Source of the DNA: an uncultured Negativicutes bacterium
GTDB lineage: Bacteria; Bacillota; Negativicutes; JBAXTZ01
NCBI GenBank assembly: GCA_963721525.1
Contig: CAVRJL010000002.1
Span: 1-35,277, forward strand
Direction of reading: 5' to 3'
DNA length: 35,277 bases
This document shows positions 30,554 to 35,277 of the stretch, one piece after another; the stretch's first letter is position 1, and each line of letters opens with the position of its first letter. A program made the translations under genes and the position numbers. The notes under the pieces were generated by a model. It was not told the DNA's origin. It made no database searches and worked only from the letters and a program-made list of their open reading frames with translations.

Positions 30554-30806
30554 TTATACTCAAAACTTCATAAAGAATTATTCAAAGCGAATAGTAAAGA
30601 ATAAAAGTATTGATAAACGGTTTCAAGAGCGGTTGCAATTATTTCTAGCTAATCAACATAGTCCAATTCTTAGAACTCATAAACTAGCTGGTGCAAAGAA
30701 GAACTTATACTCCTTTTCCATTACTGGAGATATTAGAGTTATATATTTTCAAGAAGGAGAATCAATTTTCTTGGTTGATATTGGAACTCATAATCAGGTT
30801 TATTAA
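30543..30806 (+). CDS. RelE/YafQ-family mRNA interferase toxin
   Basis: F.K.Y.K...LRTHKLAG...YSFSITGDIRVIY...DIGTHNQVY. Confidence 0.9.
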   Translation: MRLNYTQNFIKNYSKRIVKNKSIDKRFQERLQLFLANQHSPILRTHKLAGAKKNLYSFSITGDIRVIYFQEGESIFLVDIGTHNQVY

Positions 30807-30842
30807 TATACAACCACTTAAAACAAACATATACTATTTCTT

Positions 30843-30913
30843 TGTTTGAGATCTATCTTGTTTTATTAAAGTTTTATTCGTGTCTAATTCTTTTATGTTT
30901 GGGATATTCTCAA
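30843..30913 (+). repeat. TGTTTGGGAYAT-family site (core 30896-30907) plus degenerate copy at 30843
   Basis: ttcgtgtctaattcttttatgtttgggatattctcaa versus ttcgtgcctattttctcgctgtttgggatattctcaa at 30060. Confidence 0.8.
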
Positions 30914-30916
30914 CAT

Positions 30917-30959
30917 TCTGAAGCTTGAAAGGGAAACATTGTACTGTTAGTATTTAAGC
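30917..30959 (+). promoter_or_regulatory. Promoter of paralog 6
   Basis: TTGAAA (30925-30930), 17 nt, TAGTAT (30948-30953), 6 nt, ATG; 42 bp identical to the paralog 4 promoter. Confidence 0.8.
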
Positions 30960-32732
30960 ATGCGTGAGCAAAAAGATTATTTTCCCTTAAAAAGTTTATT
31001 TGTGCCTCTTACTACAGAAAAATCAATCTACATTATTGTTATTTTGGGTTTTATTGTTTATTTCAATGCTTTCTTTAATGGATTTGCCGCTGACGATATA
31101 CTATATATCGTTAATAATCAATTAACTCATGTAGTAAATATTATTCTTGCATTCGGAGTAAATGACTTTAATAGTTCTGGGCAATATCGTCCTATACCAG
31201 CGTTTTATTTTTCATTACTTTATTCGTTATTTAGTACAATTCCATTTTTTTATCATCTACTACAAATTATTTTGCATATTATTTGTACAGTATTAATTTA
31301 CTTTTTATATCGTAAATTTCTATCACCAGCTATTGCATTATTTTTAAGTCTTGTATTTCTTGTCCATCCTATGAATGTTGAATCAGTTTCATATATTGCA
31401 CAAACAGTAAGCCCTCTGCTCTTTCTTTTTGGAGTAATAGCACTTCTTTTTTCTGCTTCAAAAAATTTATCCAATAGCAAAATTGTTATAATTTTTTCTT
31501 TACTACTCCTTTCGCTCTTGACTAAAGAAAGTGGTGGAGTCTTTCTTCTTTTAGTGCCTCTATATCAATTCCTTTTTACCAAGAAAAATCGACTAAAACT
31601 TGCCTTTGATCTCTTTTTGTGTACTTATAACATATCTATTAATACGTCTGGGAATTGGCCAAGTTGGTTTTTCAGCACGTCCGTTAGCAAATATTGCTGG
31701 AATATCTCTTAGTAGAACGTTTACTTAATATTCCCGCAATAATTTTTTTCTACCATACATACCTTCTATTCTATCCCAAGACTCTTGCCTTTGATCAACA
31801 ATGGGTTATTAGTTCAGTAAGTTTCTCTACTTTCTATATACCATTTCTATTTGATGCAGTATTTTTTGGTTTTATTTGCGTATTAGGTATCTATATATAT
31901 AAATGGCAAAAGAATTATTTTAGGCCTTTTCTTTTTTTCTCTCTTTTGGTTTGTTTTCGGCCTGGGTCTATATTTACAAATATTCCCGCTTGATAAAACA
32001 GTCGCTGAACTTTGGTTCTATTTCCCAATGGTAGGTTTACTTGGTATAGTAGGAATTTTTTATCAAATACTAACTTATAAGTTTTCTGCATACTACAGAA
32101 TTACTCCCATACTTGTTATTATTATTCTTTCTTTATTATCGCTGCGGACTATTGTTCGCAATACCAATTGGCAAAACAATTTCACACTTTATACTCATGA
32201 TATTGTCTATAACGATAACTTCGATATTGAAAATAACCTTGGAATAGTTTATGAAGATAATAATGAATATACACTGGCATTGCAGCATTATAAAAAGTCG
32301 GTTGCATTAAAGCCATTCGAATTGAATTTAGCTAATCTGGCAATTACTTACCAGAGTATCGGAGACTTGCAAAAAGCTAAGCAATATTACTACCAGGCTT
32401 TTCATGCAAAAGACTACAAGCTCGATTCCAACCATAAGCATAATCCAAACTTAGATGTTGGCTATGCAACTTTTTTAGTGTTTTATGAGAATTCTCCTTC
32501 TGCAATATCTTTTATTCAATCAGCAGTGAATGATTATCCAAACCAAGCAGACTTGTGGACACTGTTAGCACTTGCTAACTATATAAATCGTGATAATCAA
32601 AAAGCCCTTTATGCGGCAAATAAAGCATATCAGTTAAACCCACAAAATGCATATATATATAATCAAATCCAAAATGATCAACCTGTTGAGTTTAACTTAG
32701 ATAGTAAAACCTTTCACATTAAACCAAGATGA
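30960..32732 (+). CDS. TMTC-like GT-C/TPR glycosyltransferase, paralog 6 (frameshifted)
   Basis: ORFs 30960-31712, 31694-31993, 32028-32732; FAADD, QYRP, HPMNVESV, TKESG, TPRs. Confidence 0.85.
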
Positions 32733-32900
32733 GAACCTTAGTAATGAATACAAATTGGTCAGATGAGATTACCTTATTGAACCATGATTTCAAAGTTCAG
32801 TAGAAATGTTCCCTTATAAGCTAAACTATTAGGAGATAGGGTTTATTTACGAACGAATAGGGAATAACAGCTATGTATACAATTAAACAATAATTAGTCT

Positions 32901-32971
32901 TAAGTCTTTTTTAGTACTTAATTCTTAATCTGAAGCTTGAAAGGGACACATTGTACTGTTAGTATTTAAGC
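32901..32971 (+). promoter_or_regulatory. Promoter and conserved upstream block of paralog 7
   Basis: TTGAAA (32937-32942), 17 nt, TAGTAT (32960-32965), 6 nt, ATG. Confidence 0.8.
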
Positions 32972-34705
32972 ATGCATGAGCAAGAATATTATTTTTCTTT
33001 AAAAAGTTTATTTCTACCTCTGACAACGAAAAAAACAATTTGGATTATTGTTATTGTCAGTTTTATAGTTTTCTTCTATATGTTATTCAATAATTTTGTT
33101 TTGGATGATTTAACATATATTCAATTTAACACAGATATTCATTCATTCAATATAGAAAAAATATTTGGCAATAGTTTTTTTAATGATTCCTCATACTATC
33201 GACCAATAGCTGCTCTATATTTTACAATTTTATATTTATCGTTTGACAATACGACTTTTTTCTACCATGTTTTCCAGCTAGCATTCCATATAACAGACGT
33301 AGTATTATTATTTCTTGTTTTCAAACATTTCTTTAACCGTAAACTCTCTTTATTTCTTTCCCTCATTTTTCTTGTACATCCGATACAAGTTGAGTCGGTT
33401 TCGTATATTTCAGCATCTGACAGTACAATATTCTTTCTTTTTGGTATCATTGCGTTACTGCTTTCTTTAAAAAATGAAATTACACTGAGAAGACTGATGG
33501 GAATATCAGGATTACTGTTATTATCTTTACTTACTAAAGAGACTGGGTTTCTTTTTCTTGTAGTTATTTTCTTTTATTCACTTTTATTTAAGAGAAAGTA
33601 CTTGGTTAAATTTTCTATAGCATTTGTAATTATTACATTACTCTATTGCTTTATCCGCTTCATTATTGGAGGAGTTTTTTTTACAAAACCGAATGCAATA
33701 CCGATTAGTGGTCTTACTCTGTTTGAACGGTTTATCAATGTACCAGCAATTATTTACTATTATATTAAAACAATATTTTTACCTCTACAATTGGTAGTTG
33801 ATCAACAATGGATAATCAAAACTGTGGATTTTCCTAACTTTTATTATCCACTGATTATTGTTATAAGTTTTTTCCTATTTATTGCAGCTTTCATATTTTA
33901 CTTAAGAAGTAACAGAAAGCCTATATCACTATTTATGTTTTTTTTACTTTGGTTTATCATGGGATTGTTAATTACTTTACCTTTTTTCCCGATTGATGCG
34001 ACTGTCGCGGATAGATGGATGTATTTTCCAATGGCCGGGTTTTTAGGAATGCTTGGTGTTATATTATCTTCAATAAAGATAACTAAATATAAAATAAAAA
34101 CAGTAGGTTATATATCAGGAAGTCTAATCTTGTTGTTTTTATCACTGAGGACAATGGTAAGAGATACAAATTGGTATGATCCTATTACTCTTTATTCTCA
34201 TGACAGTCAAATACAAACAAATTATGATTTGGAAAATTGGCGGACCCTTGAATATGCTTCAATGAATAAGTATGATGAAGCGATACAACATTATAAAAAA
34301 TCAGCTGCCTTATATCCTTACGAAGTTACTTTTTCTAACCTAGCACATACTTACCGACAATCAGACGACAACAATAAAGCTAAAGAGTATTATATTAAAA
34401 CTTTAAATGCTCAATATATCTCACCAATACATAAACAGGTAACTGAAGATGCTTATGAAGGATTAGCGGATTTGTCTGTTCTCTCTAATAAACCTAATGA
34501 CGCCCTACTTTTTATTGAAACTTTATTGCGAAAATATCCAAAGTCTGGGAAATTATGGGCGGATTTAGCAATGAATGAATATAAATTACATAATCAAAAA
34601 GCAGCACTTAATGCAGCATTTAAGGCAAAAGTACTTACTCCTGATGACAACATAAATTATATATATTCTCAAATCCTAAATAATCAGCCTATTAATTTAC
34701 CATAA
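32972..34705 (+). CDS. TMTC-like GT-C/TPR glycosyltransferase, paralog 7 (intact, 577 aa)
   Basis: FVLDD, YYRP, HPIQVESV, TKETG, ADRWMYFP, TPRs. Confidence 0.88.
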   Translation: MHEQEYYFSLKSLFLPLTTKKTIWIIVIVSFIVFFYMLFNNFVLDDLTYIQFNTDIHSFNIEKIFGNSFFNDSSYYRPIAALYFTILYLSFDNTTFFYHVFQLAFHITDVVLLFLVFKHFFNRKLSLFLSLIFLVHPIQVESVSYISASDSTIFFLFGIIALLLSLKNEITLRRLMGISGLLLLSLLTKETGFLFLVVIFFYSLLFKRKYLVKFSIAFVIITLLYCFIRFIIGGVFFTKPNAIPISGLTLFERFINVPAIIYYYIKTIFLPLQLVVDQQWIIKTVDFPNFYYPLIIVISFFLFIAAFIFYLRSNRKPISLFMFFLLWFIMGLLITLPFFPIDATVADRWMYFPMAGFLGMLGVILSSIKITKYKIKTVGYISGSLILLFLSLRTMVRDTNWYDPITLYSHDSQIQTNYDLENWRTLEYASMNKYDEAIQHYKKSAALYPYEVTFSNLAHTYRQSDDNNKAKEYYIKTLNAQYISPIHKQVTEDAYEGLADLSVLSNKPNDALLFIETLLRKYPKSGKLWADLAMNEYKLHNQKAALNAAFKAKVLTPDDNINYIYSQILNNQPINLP

Positions 34706-34871
34706 TTTAATGTCTAGTCTAAAACCTTGCTGAAGTAATAATTCAGAATAAGAAAATAAATGAATAGCTAATCAACAAGATTCGGATATTGGTCCATGAC
34801 TAGGTACTAACTACTCTTGATTTTGGAAAGACTTCTATAGCGAATTTTGTACCAGACGCGATTTTGATATA

Positions 34872-34900
34872 TTGACAAAGGCACAAGAATAAACTCTAAT
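34872..34900 (+). promoter_or_regulatory. Candidate sigma70 promoter
   Basis: TTGACA, 17 nt, TCTAAT upstream of ATG 34934. Confidence 0.55.
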
Positions 34901-34933
34901 TAAGTTGCATAGATAAGCAAATATAAGACAAAT

Positions 34934-35277
34934 ATGCGAATAAAATTTAAGTTTTTGTCTATTCTTATTTTCAGTTTATTTGTTGGATTATTTTTTACTA
35001 AGACTGCATTTGCTGATAGTTTTACTCTCTCGGGCAGTGTTAAAGACTCTTCAGGAACTGCTATTTCTGGCTCTACGATTAGCGTTAACGATGCAAACTC
35101 TGATAGTACAACAACAGATTCTTCTGGGAATTATACACTTTAATACCGGGAGGAACATATAATGTTCAAGTGACTCCACCTTCTGGTAGCAATTATTCAT
35201 CTGCAGTTGCATTGAATCAAAAGATAACTTCAAATACTGTATTAAATTTCTTTCTAACTATCTCTGGAACGGTCGTT
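34934..35277 (+). CDS. Secreted Ser/Thr-rich protein with carboxypeptidase-regulatory-like domain (5' part, frameshift near 35140)
   Basis: Signal peptide ending AFA-D; TLSGSVKDSSGTAISGSTISV...TTTDSSGNYTL then IPGGTYNVQVTPP. Confidence 0.8.

Noticed and set aside
2951-33450. Short antisense or off-frame ORFs (e.g. 2951-3193, 5322-5555, 8494-8736, 10142-10518, 11198-11449, 14267-14616, 16152-16391, 21848-22078, 25195-25575, 26325-28133, 31298-31480, 33262-33450)
   Set aside because: They are shadows of well-supported genes and have no recognisable motifs.
424-35277. Frameshifts as real pseudogenisation or phase variation of glycosyltransferases
   Set aside because: Indels also hit unrelated genes (LysM, MFS, epimerase, GT2, R-M, Mrr), often in homopolymers, and in-frame stops are almost absent. 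Sequencing error is more parsimonious; short-read polishing would decide.
1-35277. Diversity-generating retroelement, IS or prophage as the cause of paralog diversity
   Set aside because: No reverse transcriptase, transposase, integrase or phage structural gene, and no adenine-specific TR/VR pair was seen.

Overview
AT-rich bacterial accessory region; gene content and compact promoters suggest a Patescibacteria/Microgenomates-like genome (inference). Many genes are broken by single-base indels, which is most simply long-read error. The left half is a surface-glycosylation locus: two YfhO-like GT-C enzymes, two SAM methyltransferases, an NDP-sugar epimerase, a split transketolase and a GtrB-like GT2, plus an MFS transporter and MscL. 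Seven paralogous TMTC-like GT-C/TPR glycosyltransferase genes are spread across the window. Six share a conserved, probably leaderless promoter (TTGAAA-17-TAGTAT-6/7-ATG) and 5' coding segment in front of divergent bodies. From about 20.3 to 30.9 kb, three toxin-antitoxin modules, TMTC-like genes and a defence block (PD-(D/E)XK nuclease, type IIG R-M, Mrr) are separated by an oriented intergenic motif, TGTTTGGGAYAT. Individual modules are bracketed by direct repeats of this motif, and the motif flips orientation across the defence block. This resembles an integron-like cassette array with a non-attC site; no recombinase gene is visible in the window.
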